A stretch of 64,000 nucleotides of DNA from a virus: the IMG/VR virus record IMGVR_UViG_3300025646_000031, positions 6,462 through 70,461 of that record; one strand, given 5' to 3'. Below the pieces are notes generated by a model, which made no database searches, was not told where the DNA came from, and saw only the letters and a program-made list of their open reading frames with translations. Position 1 is the stretch's first letter. Every line of letters starts with the position of its first letter. The position numbers and the translations under genes are program-made. Below are positions 28,781 through 38,317 of this stretch, piece by piece.

Positions 28781-30379
28781 ATGACAGAGAAAAAAATACC
28801 TACTTGGAAAAGAAATCTAATTAGAATTACTTCTGTAGAAGAAGCAGAACAAATCAAACCATTAGATTATTCAAATAATTCCATTTTTAAATTACGAATG
28901 GATTTACCCACCTATCATTTGGGAACTCTATGTATCAATCGTTATTCAGATTATAACGAAACTTACAAAATACTGAAGTATCTTTTTGAAAACAAAATCT
29001 TACCACCTTTGAAAATTTTTAAATGGGGTGATGTAATTGCTGATCGAAAAGAAAAAAGATTGGCTTCTTTTAATGGTTTGAATTATCACTCAATGGTCTA
29101 TAACAGATTTCTACCTCATGGTTGGACATCTAAACCAGACCCAAAATATATTGGTGGTATGAATTTCCAATCAATTGATGGTGACGATAAGACCATACAT
29201 GATTATTGTATGGAAAAAGACGATCCGTACTACAACGATCAGGGCTGGTTAACTTCTTTAAATGCTTCTTACTATCATTCTGCTAAAGCACACTGGTTAG
29301 TTCATAGTATTCAAAAGGAAGGACTATGGGCGCCTGTTCAAGGATTGACATCAGGTACAAAAGAACGATACAGTATTTTCGCACATCCAGGTTCTATCAG
29401 ATCAGCTATTGTAGAAGAGATGCAAGATCCAGATTTAGTATGGCATGTTTGGGATTGTGTTGGTGTTATACCAACTGAACCAAAAACAGTTGATGAGTTT
29501 CTTCAGTTTTGGAAAGAAGTTTTAAATAAAAAAAATGTAAAACAAGATGAAATGTCTTTTATAATACAGGCAGGAGCAATTGAAGTACAAACAGATTTAG
29601 CAAGTTTAGAGTTTAGAAATGAAATATATGATTTCAATAAAAAGGTTTCAAAACTTGCAAAGAAAAAACCATTAAACATTTACATTGGTTATGATTCAAC
29701 ACACAATGATATAGAAAAGATTTCAAAATATTCTATAGAAGAATCTATTAAGAGAAATTTTTCAGGCGGCAATGATGGTAAGTATACACAATTTGTTCCT
29801 GAAATAAAAATGCTTGACATTTCTAAGATTCCAGAATATACTAGACCTTATGCAAATCAAAATACAGAGTTTACTTATAGTAGATTTTTAATTCCGTATT
29901 TAGAAAATTATGAAGGATTTAGCATCTTTGTAGATGATGATTTCATCTTTAATAAAACTATATTGTCATTGTTATATTACTTACATCCAGATGATGCAGT
30001 TGCATGTATTCAATATCCACAATACAAACATGATAACACTAAATTTGTTGGTGCAGTTAACATAGATTATCCAAGAAAACTATGGTCTAGTATGATGGTC
30101 TTTAATAATGGACATGAAGACTGCAAAAAACTAACACCTGAAACAATAAATACTTGGACAGGAAAACAGTTACATCAATTTGAATGGACTGAAAAGATCA
30201 GTAAGATACCTGAAAAATATATCTTTACTGAAGGTTATGATGATCCTGAAACTAAGTGGGATGTTTCAGGTTATCATTATACAAGAGGTGGTCCTTGGAT
30301 TGACGATATGGACTGTTCAAAAATTTCTAGGTTAGAAGTTTATGAAAAATTTAAAACGCTTTATGAAAGTGAGAGGTAA
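28781..30379 (+). CDS. GT-A fold glycosyltransferase (GT8/CDI-like) with an additional N-terminal domain
   Basis: IYIGYD, TEFTYSRFLIP, FVDDDF (DxD), YPRK.WSS and HYTRGGPW motifs in the C-terminal half. Confidence 0.8.
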   Translation: MTEKKIPTWKRNLIRITSVEEAEQIKPLDYSNNSIFKLRMDLPTYHLGTLCINRYSDYNETYKILKYLFENKILPPLKIFKWGDVIADRKEKRLASFNGLNYHSMVYNRFLPHGWTSKPDPKYIGGMNFQSIDGDDKTIHDYCMEKDDPYYNDQGWLTSLNASYYHSAKAHWLVHSIQKEGLWAPVQGLTSGTKERYSIFAHPGSIRSAIVEEMQDPDLVWHVWDCVGVIPTEPKTVDEFLQFWKEVLNKKNVKQDEMSFIIQAGAIEVQTDLASLEFRNEIYDFNKKVSKLAKKKPLNIYIGYDSTHNDIEKISKYSIEESIKRNFSGGNDGKYTQFVPEIKMLDISKIPEYTRPYANQNTEFTYSRFLIPYLENYEGFSIFVDDDFIFNKTILSLLYYLHPDDAVACIQYPQYKHDNTKFVGAVNIDYPRKLWSSMMVFNNGHEDCKKLTPETINTWTGKQLHQFEWTEKISKIPEKYIFTEGYDDPETKWDVSGYHYTRGGPWIDDMDCSKISRLEVYEKFKTLYESER

Positions 30380-30385
30380 AATAAA

Positions 30386-30952
30386 ATGAATATGAATACA
30401 GTGAATGCACTTGTGTATTGTGAAAACTCAAATCTCTATATTAGAAAACCTAATGGTTTAGAATATCAATTTGATAATGTTGATGCTCCTGCATTGGGTT
30501 TTGACTTTGATGTTTTAATCTACGAAGATGGATTAGAAACAAAGATATTAAAATGGAACGATGGTAAACCATTGCAGGAACAAGAACAATTTCCTTTATC
30601 AGACAATGAAAAGGACATGATTGAAACTTATATTGCAAATTCAGAACCGCCTGAAGGTGTCACTTTACAAAGACAATATGTTGAAAGATTAGAAAAAATT
30701 GCCGATGAATATGTCGACAGGTATATGTATCAACATAATTTTCGTGATTTAAACAAAGTTGTAGCAATTGGTAGAGAAGGATCAAATCATCCAAATAGAT
30801 CAGATGCTAGAAGAGTATTGGAGTATTTTGATGCAGTTTCAACTGTATTCATACAGGTTGTAGATCAAATCTATTCTTGTAGAGAAGATATGTTAAAAGA
30901 ATTCAGAGAATATGAAGTTCTTCTTCCTACTATTGTTAATCAATATGAATAA
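30386..30952 (+). CDS. Hypothetical protein, possibly tail-fibre-assembly-like
   Basis: GAGGT SD; helical C-terminus loosely resembles phage fibre assembly proteins (recalled, not searched). Confidence 0.45.
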   Translation: MNMNTVNALVYCENSNLYIRKPNGLEYQFDNVDAPALGFDFDVLIYEDGLETKILKWNDGKPLQEQEQFPLSDNEKDMIETYIANSEPPEGVTLQRQYVERLEKIADEYVDRYMYQHNFRDLNKVVAIGREGSNHPNRSDARRVLEYFDAVSTVFIQVVDQIYSCREDMLKEFREYEVLLPTIVNQYE

Positions 30953-31694
30953 AGAACTAGATGTAGTTCTAATAGATAAACCATTTGATATAAAAGAACT
31001 ACCCCTAAAATCAGTTTATGTTTTAGATGATTGGTTGTGTGATTCATTACACCATTATTTTGATAATTGGGTAACAAAAAACCAAATATGGGCAAAAACA
31101 AATCAAGTAGATTCACATAGTAAAACTGGTTTACCACATCATAGTTTTTGGGGTACATCCTTCTTAAGAGACGATTTTCAATCAGAGCCTGGTATTGGGA
31201 AAGAAAATACCTTTTTTGTTAAATACATAATAAGAAGATTACAAACAGAGTTTAGTTTTAAATGGACCAGATTTCAGTATGCTGGCATGAATTCCCAAAC
31301 AGTAGGTTTACACGGCACAACACATTCGGATTGTCAAGATGAAGATGATTGGAATCTATCATTTCTATACTATACAAATAGATATTGGAACCCTAAATGG
31401 GGTGGTAAATTAAGATTGTATGATAAAGTTGTTCAGTCGCCTGAACATGATGATATGATGCAAGGTGTACACGGCAGAACAGAACACATTAAAAACTATC
31501 AAATTGCAGAAGTGGATTTCAAACCTAATAGGCTTGTAATGTTTGATGGTAGAATACCTCACGGAGCTGATGCTCCAAATGAAAGCGCTAAATACATGGA
31601 TAGAAGATCGCTAGTGATAAGAGGCGATGAAGTTAGACTAATTAAAGATAAAAAAGAGTTTTATAATGCCAACGATAGAGTTCACTTGTTATAA
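30945..31694 (+). CDS. 2OG-Fe(II) oxygenase
   Basis: H-S-D, WGG.L, FKPNRLVMFDG.IPH...R motifs. Confidence 0.85.
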   Translation: MNKELDVVLIDKPFDIKELPLKSVYVLDDWLCDSLHHYFDNWVTKNQIWAKTNQVDSHSKTGLPHHSFWGTSFLRDDFQSEPGIGKENTFFVKYIIRRLQTEFSFKWTRFQYAGMNSQTVGLHGTTHSDCQDEDDWNLSFLYYTNRYWNPKWGGKLRLYDKVVQSPEHDDMMQGVHGRTEHIKNYQIAEVDFKPNRLVMFDGRIPHGADAPNESAKYMDRRSLVIRGDEVRLIKDKKEFYNANDRVHLL

Positions 31695-32553
31695 TTCTGA
31701 TACAGTAAAGTATTTTAAACCTGTACTTGCTAAAACTGTTTTACCAGATTGGTGGAAAACCATGAAGATACAGGAAATGACAAGATTTACAAAACAACAT
31801 ACAATACGATCCTGCCCAGCGATGGACGATTGGGTGAAATCTGGTTGGTATCTAGTTGCAAATAAAGATATAAGAGTCATTTGCGGAAAAGATAGAGATG
31901 GACAAGATACAGATAGTGAAAGTTATTCAACTGAAGATACGGAAGGAACTGGTTATTCATCGCCTCCACATCCAAGAGAACAATTTGGCAATGTATTCAA
32001 TTTCTTAGGAAAAAATAGAGCACCTATTAGAGATGCTTTTAAGATGAAGAATCCTTGGAATGTAATCACACCAAAGGGATATTCTTGTTTTTATATAGAT
32101 CCATTTTTACATCAAAACGAATTCTTTGCAACTTGGCCTGGCATTATAGATACAGACAAGTTTAATAAAAATATGGACAATGCACAAATCATTTTTTATC
32201 CTAAGGTAGATCATTCATTCACGATTTTAAAAGGCACGCCATTATGTCAGATCATTCCTTTTAAGAGAGAGGAATGGGTTGCAAGTTATCAATTTAGAGA
32301 TGTAAATGATTACATTAAAAATTTATCTCATATAACTTCGGAACAAAAAAATATGGATGAAAGACCTATGATAGAACACAAAAGAATGGCGCCAGATACA
32401 AATATTTTTAAAGCAGGACCTTATCGTAAACATGGATATTGGAGTGAAAAGGGCCAATATTTCAAGGAAGAAAGTCCACCACCTGAATGTCCTTTTCATA
32501 AAAAAGAAGAAAGTTCAGAGATACAATTGGAGTTTGATTTCAATGGCAGTTAG
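31666..32553 (+). CDS. Hypothetical beta-rich protein (DUF6065-like) of the type found beside phage oxygenases
   Basis: TIRSCPAM.D...GW, K..NPW...TPKGYS, PGIIDTD and KGTPLCQIIPFKRE.W motifs. Confidence 0.6.
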   Translation: MPTIEFTCYNSDTVKYFKPVLAKTVLPDWWKTMKIQEMTRFTKQHTIRSCPAMDDWVKSGWYLVANKDIRVICGKDRDGQDTDSESYSTEDTEGTGYSSPPHPREQFGNVFNFLGKNRAPIRDAFKMKNPWNVITPKGYSCFYIDPFLHQNEFFATWPGIIDTDKFNKNMDNAQIIFYPKVDHSFTILKGTPLCQIIPFKREEWVASYQFRDVNDYIKNLSHITSEQKNMDERPMIEHKRMAPDTNIFKAGPYRKHGYWSEKGQYFKEESPPPECPFHKKEESSEIQLEFDFNGS

Positions 32554-33241
32554 GTTATTATTTCCAACATTCATTTTTCATAGAAATCTCTTAGATAAGA
32601 ATTTACCTGAAGATAGAGGTATTACAAAGGAGTATTTAAATCTACTTAAACTAGAAATGGATAGTATGAGAAAAAATGATCCTAAGGGACGACAAATCTC
32701 TAATGCATATACAGGTTGGCAGTCAAATGATGGGTGTGAGAAAAGTCCAATATTTAAGAAGTTAATGCACTGTATTCAAATGGCTTTTTATGATGAAGTC
32801 TGGCCTTTTCATGGTGTTCAAAGAAAGGACATTACTTGTTTTGTGGGCAATTCGTGGGCAAACATCAATGATCGTTTAGCATGGAACAGACCTCATACTC
32901 ACAATGGTTGTTGGTATAGTGGAGTATTCTATGTTAGAGCAGATGGTGATGAGGGTGATATAAATTTCATAGATACTGATTCTAAAGTTGTTTCAGATTA
33001 TCCTGCAAGCTCTAGAACATGCACTAGTTGGAACTTTGCACCAAGATCAGGAGAATTGATTTTATTTCCTAGTGGTCTAATGCATATGGTAGAACCCAAT
33101 ATAACAGATAAAGATAGATATAGTATCTCTTTCAATTTAGTACATGATGTTAGAGGCAATTTGCATGGTCATATTGAGAACTATAATGAGAATGAATTTG
33201 TTTTTAATTTAAACGAAAAGGGTGATCCCATACTGAACTAG
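32543..33241 (+). CDS. Putative 2OG-Fe(II) oxygenase, TIGR02466-like
   Basis: WANIN...H.H...SGVFYV, G.LILFPS.L.H.V.PN...DR.SISFN; GGAG SD before 32543. Confidence 0.85.
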   Translation: MAVRLLFPTFIFHRNLLDKNLPEDRGITKEYLNLLKLEMDSMRKNDPKGRQISNAYTGWQSNDGCEKSPIFKKLMHCIQMAFYDEVWPFHGVQRKDITCFVGNSWANINDRLAWNRPHTHNGCWYSGVFYVRADGDEGDINFIDTDSKVVSDYPASSRTCTSWNFAPRSGELILFPSGLMHMVEPNITDKDRYSISFNLVHDVRGNLHGHIENYNENEFVFNLNEKGDPILN

Positions 33242-33258
33242 TTTTTCTAAATAGTAGT

Positions 33259-33519
33259 ATGGAAATTATACTAGATGCCCACCTTGTATGGAATGTAATA
33301 CTCACACTTCTATTAGGACCCTTAGGGTTTCTAGTACGAAACATTCTATCTGAACAAAAACGAATCGATATACTTCTGAACAAAACAAGAGAAGAGGTTG
33401 CTAAAGACTATGTGACCAGAGATGAGTTACAAGAAGATATGGAAAGATTAATGAGGTCGATTGAAAGAATTGACGCTAAAATAGATCGTTTGCAGAACAG
33501 AACTTACTTCCAAGATTAA
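33259..33519 (+). CDS. Small membrane-anchored coiled-coil protein
   Basis: One N-terminal hydrophobic helix followed by a coiled coil (YVTRDEL...IDAKIDRL). Confidence 0.65.
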   Translation: MEIILDAHLVWNVILTLLLGPLGFLVRNILSEQKRIDILLNKTREEVAKDYVTRDELQEDMERLMRSIERIDAKIDRLQNRTYFQD

Positions 33520-33525
33520 AATCAT

Positions 33526-33533
33526 TATAAATA
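33526..33533 (+). promoter_or_regulatory. Late promoter
   Basis: TATAAATA before gp13. Confidence 0.8.
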
Positions 33534-33565
33534 GTAGTAGAACATAATTTTTATGGATTATTACT

Positions 33566-34381
33566 ATGTCAGAACCAAACAGTAAAGCATCATTAAAAGA
33601 ATACATTAAGAGAAAACTAGGTGCGCCAGTTTTAGAGATCAATATAGATGATGATCAATTAGATGATAGAATTGATGAAGCGCTTCAATATTTTAGAGAA
33701 TTTCATTATGATGGATCGATCAAATGCTATCTAAAACATCAATTATCTGCAGATGAAATAACTACTATGAGGTCAGATGAGACCTTTACAGAGACAGCTG
33801 CTGGGTCACAAGTCCATACGGATCAACAATATAAACTACAACAGAATTATATCACACTGCCTGAGTTTGTCTTGTCTGTTATAAACATATTCCCATTTAA
33901 CGACAAACATAATCTCAATATGTTTGATCTTAGATATCAATTACGATTAAATGACATCTACGATTTAACAGCGACCAATATTTTGTATTATGAAATGGTA
34001 CAACAACATATTCAATTGATGGATCAGGTATTGGTTGGTAGAACACCTATCAATTATTCAACACATCAAAATAGATTATACTTACATATGGATATGAGTA
34101 GTATAAATGCAGATGAGTACATCATCATTGAGTGTTATAGAAAAATCGATCCTACAGACTTCACAGACATCTATAACGACATGTGGTTGAAAAGATATGC
34201 AACTGCATTAGTAAAATACCAATGGGCGGAGAACTTATCCAAGTTCTCAGGAATACAATTGCCTGGCGGAGTATCATTAGATGCAGGTCAAATGAAGACA
34301 GAGGCACAAGAGGCAATTACAAAATTAGAAGAAGAATCCAGACTGAATTATGAAATGCCAGTTATGGATTTAATGGGGTAG
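33566..34381 (+). CDS. gp13: Neck protein gp13
   Basis: LKEYI.RKLGAPV..IN.DDDQ..DRID.AL and KYQW..NL.KF.G..LPGGV motifs. Confidence 0.93.
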   Translation: MSEPNSKASLKEYIKRKLGAPVLEINIDDDQLDDRIDEALQYFREFHYDGSIKCYLKHQLSADEITTMRSDETFTETAAGSQVHTDQQYKLQQNYITLPEFVLSVINIFPFNDKHNLNMFDLRYQLRLNDIYDLTATNILYYEMVQQHIQLMDQVLVGRTPINYSTHQNRLYLHMDMSSINADEYIIIECYRKIDPTDFTDIYNDMWLKRYATALVKYQWAENLSKFSGIQLPGGVSLDAGQMKTEAQEAITKLEEESRLNYEMPVMDLMG

Positions 34382-34385
34382 CTAA

Positions 34386-35234
34386 ATGCCAACCAATGTA
34401 TTTTTTAATCATGCAGTAAGCACTGAACAACATCTTTACGAAGATTTAGTTGTTGAGTCATTGCGATTTTATGGTCATGATGTATACTATCTACCTAGAG
34501 AGATTGTAGAAGAAGATAAAATACTAGGCGAAGATATCCAGTCTACTTTTGGTGATTCTTATCAAGTAGAGATGTACTTAGACAATGTTGAAGGTTTTGA
34601 AGGTGAAGACTTGTTTTCAAAATTTGGTGTTCAAGTACAAGAAGAAGCAACATTCACATTAGCACTTAGAACATGGGAAAGATTCATTTCTTTAGATAGC
34701 AACCTTGCAACAAGTCTAAGACCAAATGAAGGTGATCTCATATACTTCCCACTTTCAGGTTCTTTATTTGAAATACGATATGTAGAAGATCAGAATCCTT
34801 TCTTTCAAATCGGAAAACTTTTTGTCTTCAAACTCAAGTGTTCATTATTCGAATACTCAGGCGAAGACTTTGATACAAATATTGATGCTATTGATCTAGT
34901 AGAAGATCAGAATGCATACACTATTCAAATGACAATGGCAGATGGTTCAGGCAATTATTATCCAAATGAAAACATATCGTACAACAGTTCAGTGATAGGT
35001 GAAGTTGTATCATGGGTGCCTTCAACAAGTAAACTCACAATCAAAGATGTAACAAGAACATTAGAGGTGGGTGATACACTTGTGGGTGCTGGTGGTGCAT
35101 CATGGAATATATCATCAATTACTGATATACTTACAATCAATGCAAATGAAGGCCTTGCAACAAACAAAGAGTTTGAAGATGCAGAAACATCTTACCTAGA
35201 CTTTAGTGAAACAAATCCATTCGGTGAACCATAA
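34386..35234 (+). CDS. gp14: Neck protein gp14
   Basis: EQ.LYEDLV.ES...YG.DVYYLPR, RPNEGDLIYFP and DFSE.NPFG motifs. Confidence 0.93.
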   Translation: MPTNVFFNHAVSTEQHLYEDLVVESLRFYGHDVYYLPREIVEEDKILGEDIQSTFGDSYQVEMYLDNVEGFEGEDLFSKFGVQVQEEATFTLALRTWERFISLDSNLATSLRPNEGDLIYFPLSGSLFEIRYVEDQNPFFQIGKLFVFKLKCSLFEYSGEDFDTNIDAIDLVEDQNAYTIQMTMADGSGNYYPNENISYNSSVIGEVVSWVPSTSKLTIKDVTRTLEVGDTLVGAGGASWNISSITDILTINANEGLATNKEFEDAETSYLDFSETNPFGEP

Positions 35235-36271
35235 TGTTCGGCACATATTTTTACAATGAAACGATAAAGAGAAGTGTGTCTATCTTTGGTACTCTTTTCA
35301 ATAATATAAAGATCAAAAAAACTAAATCAGATGGTACTGTTCTAACTGAACAGATCGTGCCTATTTCATATGGCCCAAAACAGAAATGGTTGCAAAGACT
35401 CAATCAAGATCCCAAGGCAAGAGACGCCAATATTACTGCAATGACATTGCCAAGACTTGCATTTGAAATGACTGGTTTTGAATATGATGCTACTAGACAA
35501 CAAAACAAACTCATAAGACATTCAAAGTCTACAACAGAAACAGATGGTACAAATAGAAAGTATATGTATCAACCTGTACCATATAATTTAAATTTCACTC
35601 TCAGTGTTATGTGTAAAAATATGACAGATGCATTACAGATTGTAGAACAAATTTTACCATATTTTCAACCAGAATATACTGTTAGCATGAAAATGATTGA
35701 TGATATGTCAGATGTAAGAGATGTACCTATAGTACTGAATAACATAACTCTGGAAGATTCATATGAGGGTAATTATGAAGAAAGAAGAGTTATAACATAT
35801 AATCTAACTTTTACAATGAAAGTATACTTCTTCGGACCTGTTTACACTGGTGGAATCATCACCAATGTTATTGAAAGAGAATACATTAACGATCAGGCAG
35901 GAGTATTTACAACAAGTCAGATAGATCAATCTGGTCTTGTCAAAGAAGTTAAACATTACGAACCTGCATTCTCAGCGATTGCAAATACAGTTTCTAACTC
36001 GACTACAATCACTTTTGATACTGCAATAAATAGTAAGATAAGTGTTGGAGATGAAGTATTTTATACAGGAAACACACCTAATCCAACAATCAGTAGTATT
36101 GCAAATGATAAATTATCAATCATATTGAATACTGCTGTAACTATAACTGAACCGAAAACGATTATGTTTGTAGGATCAGTTGAACCAAATGACACATTTG
36201 TAGTTGCAGAAACAGTGACATTTTATGATGATGGTGCCAAAGAGACATTTAGTGAAACAGATGATAGTTAA
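35234..36271 (+). CDS. gp15: Tail sheath stabiliser/terminator gp15
   Basis: YFYNETI...FGTLFN, VP..YGPKQK, LPR..FE and QIVEQILPYFQP motifs. Confidence 0.93.
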   Translation: MFGTYFYNETIKRSVSIFGTLFNNIKIKKTKSDGTVLTEQIVPISYGPKQKWLQRLNQDPKARDANITAMTLPRLAFEMTGFEYDATRQQNKLIRHSKSTTETDGTNRKYMYQPVPYNLNFTLSVMCKNMTDALQIVEQILPYFQPEYTVSMKMIDDMSDVRDVPIVLNNITLEDSYEGNYEERRVITYNLTFTMKVYFFGPVYTGGIITNVIEREYINDQAGVFTTSQIDQSGLVKEVKHYEPAFSAIANTVSNSTTITFDTAINSKISVGDEVFYTGNTPNPTISSIANDKLSIILNTAVTITEPKTIMFVGSVEPNDTFVVAETVTFYDDGAKETFSETDDS

Positions 36272-36273
36272 TT

Positions 36274-36684
36274 ATGCCAAAAAATATAGATTCAAAATTA
36301 GATGATATCTTAGATATCTCTTCTGAAATAAAAACTCAAACAACAGAAGTAGTCAAAAAGGTTCCTGAGAAATCTCAGAATATTGAGAATGATTACAAAT
36401 ATGCCAGAGAGAATCTCTACAATCTCGTAGAGAGAGGACAAGATGCAATTGATGGCATACTAGATGTTTGTAAAGAAACAGAGAATCCTAGAGCATATGA
36501 AGTTGCAGGTCAATTAATTAAAACTGTAGGTGAAACTGCAGAAAAACTTTTAGATGTTCAAAAGAAACTAAAAGATTTAGAGAAAGAAGACGAACAGAAA
36601 ATAGGAGTTCAACACAACCACCTTTATGTGGGGTCAACTTCAGAACTGCAAAAGTTTCTGAAGAAATCAAAAACAGATGGTTAA
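36274..36684 (+). CDS. gp16: Terminase small subunit gp16
   Basis: DY.YAR.NLY, PRAYEV and VGSTSELQK motifs. Confidence 0.9.
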   Translation: MPKNIDSKLDDILDISSEIKTQTTEVVKKVPEKSQNIENDYKYARENLYNLVERGQDAIDGILDVCKETENPRAYEVAGQLIKTVGETAEKLLDVQKKLKDLEKEDEQKIGVQHNHLYVGSTSELQKFLKKSKTDG

Positions 36685-38260
36685 TCCAAAAAACGAAGGT
36701 TATCTTGGAAATACTCTGGTCAAAAGAGCTGGAGTTGAAACCAAGTATACAGAAGAGGAAATGCAGGAATACTTAAAGTGTTCCCAAGAACCTGTTCACT
36801 TCATAGAAAATTACACTCAAATTATTTCACTAGATGAGGGGTTAGTGCCGTTTACTCTTCGTGGATATCAAGAAGCATTAATAGATCATTACAACACTAA
36901 TCGTTTTAATGTTGTTCTTGCAAGTAGACAGAGTGGTAAGTCTATAACATCTTGTGCATACCTACTGTGGTTTTTATTGTTTCATCCAGAAGTAACAGTT
37001 GCTGTTCTTGCCAACAAAGGTGCAATTGCAAGAGAGATGATCGCAAGGATCGTAACCATGTTAGAGTCTGTTCCTTTCTTTCTACAACCTGGTGTTAAGA
37101 TACTTAACAAAGGAAGTATTGAATTCGCAAACGATTCTAAAATAGTTGCAGCTGCAACATCATCTAGTTCGATTCGTGGTATGTCAATAAATTTATTATA
37201 TCTCGATGAGTTTGCATTCGTTGAGGGTGCAGAAGAGTTCTATACATCAACTTATCCTGTAGTCACATCAGGTAAAGATTCAAAGGTTATTATTACATCT
37301 ACTGCAAATGGTGTTGGTAATATGTTCTACAAGATATATCAGTCTGCTGTTCATAATCAATCAGAGTACAAACATTTTACAATCAACTGGTTTGATGTGC
37401 CAGGCAGAGATGAAGAATGGAAAAAACAAACTATTGCAAACACTTCGGAAGCACAATTTGAACAAGAATATGGTAACAGTTTCTTAGGAACAGGTAACAC
37501 ACTTGTGAATGCAGACACATTATTAGGAATGAGGACAAGAGAACCAGAGTATGTTCAGAACTCATTTAAATTATATGAAAAACCACAAGAGGGTCATGTA
37601 TATGTATGTACTGTTGATGTGTCAAAAGGTCGTGGTTTAGACTATTCGACATTTAGTATTTTTGATACTTCTGTACAACCTTTCAAACAAGTTGCAACAT
37701 ATAGAGACAATATGATCAGTCCTATGTTGTTTCCAGACATCATAAATAAGTATTGTAAACCATATAATGATGCATTAGTTTTAGTTGAAAACAATGCAGA
37801 AGGCGCTATGGTTGCTACACAATTACATTATGATATTGAATATCCAAATGTTTTCACACAAGGACAACTGAAAGCAGAAGATATTGGTATCACAATGACT
37901 AAAAAGATAAAAAGAATTGGTTGTTCTACACTAAAAGAACTAACAGAAGAAAATAGATTGGAGTTAGTAGATAGAGAAACTATCACAGAATTGATGACTT
38001 TTGTTTCAAAGGGAAACACCTTTGAAGCAGATAGAGGTTTTCATGATGATTGTGTAATGAATTGTGTATTATTTTCATGGTTTGTAACCACTGAATATTT
38101 CACACATTTAACAGATAAATTAGTAAAAAATTTATTATATTCGGAACAACAGAAACAAATTGTTGAAGATATAGTTCCAGCAGGTATTTTTGATTATCAG
38201 AGAGAAGAATCATTTGTTGATCCTAATGGTGATAGATGGTTTATTGATGTTGTTGAATAA
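36677..38260 (+). CDS. gp17: Terminase large subunit gp17
   Basis: Walker A SRQSGKS, Walker B LYLDEFAF, TSTANG, nuclease DVSKG..DYS and HDD motifs. Confidence 0.96.
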   Translation: MVNPKNEGYLGNTLVKRAGVETKYTEEEMQEYLKCSQEPVHFIENYTQIISLDEGLVPFTLRGYQEALIDHYNTNRFNVVLASRQSGKSITSCAYLLWFLLFHPEVTVAVLANKGAIAREMIARIVTMLESVPFFLQPGVKILNKGSIEFANDSKIVAAATSSSSIRGMSINLLYLDEFAFVEGAEEFYTSTYPVVTSGKDSKVIITSTANGVGNMFYKIYQSAVHNQSEYKHFTINWFDVPGRDEEWKKQTIANTSEAQFEQEYGNSFLGTGNTLVNADTLLGMRTREPEYVQNSFKLYEKPQEGHVYVCTVDVSKGRGLDYSTFSIFDTSVQPFKQVATYRDNMISPMLFPDIINKYCKPYNDALVLVENNAEGAMVATQLHYDIEYPNVFTQGQLKAEDIGITMTKKIKRIGCSTLKELTEENRLELVDRETITELMTFVSKGNTFEADRGFHDDCVMNCVLFSWFVTTEYFTHLTDKLVKNLLYSEQQKQIVEDIVPAGIFDYQREESFVDPNGDRWFIDVVE

Positions 38261-38268
38261 TGATAGAT

Positions 38269-38276
38269 TATAAATA
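38269..38276 (+). promoter_or_regulatory. Late promoter
   Basis: TATAAATA before gp18. Confidence 0.8.
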
Positions 38277-38317
38277 AAACCGTAAAACAAAACTTTTTAC
38301 ATTAACAGGAGAAAAGT

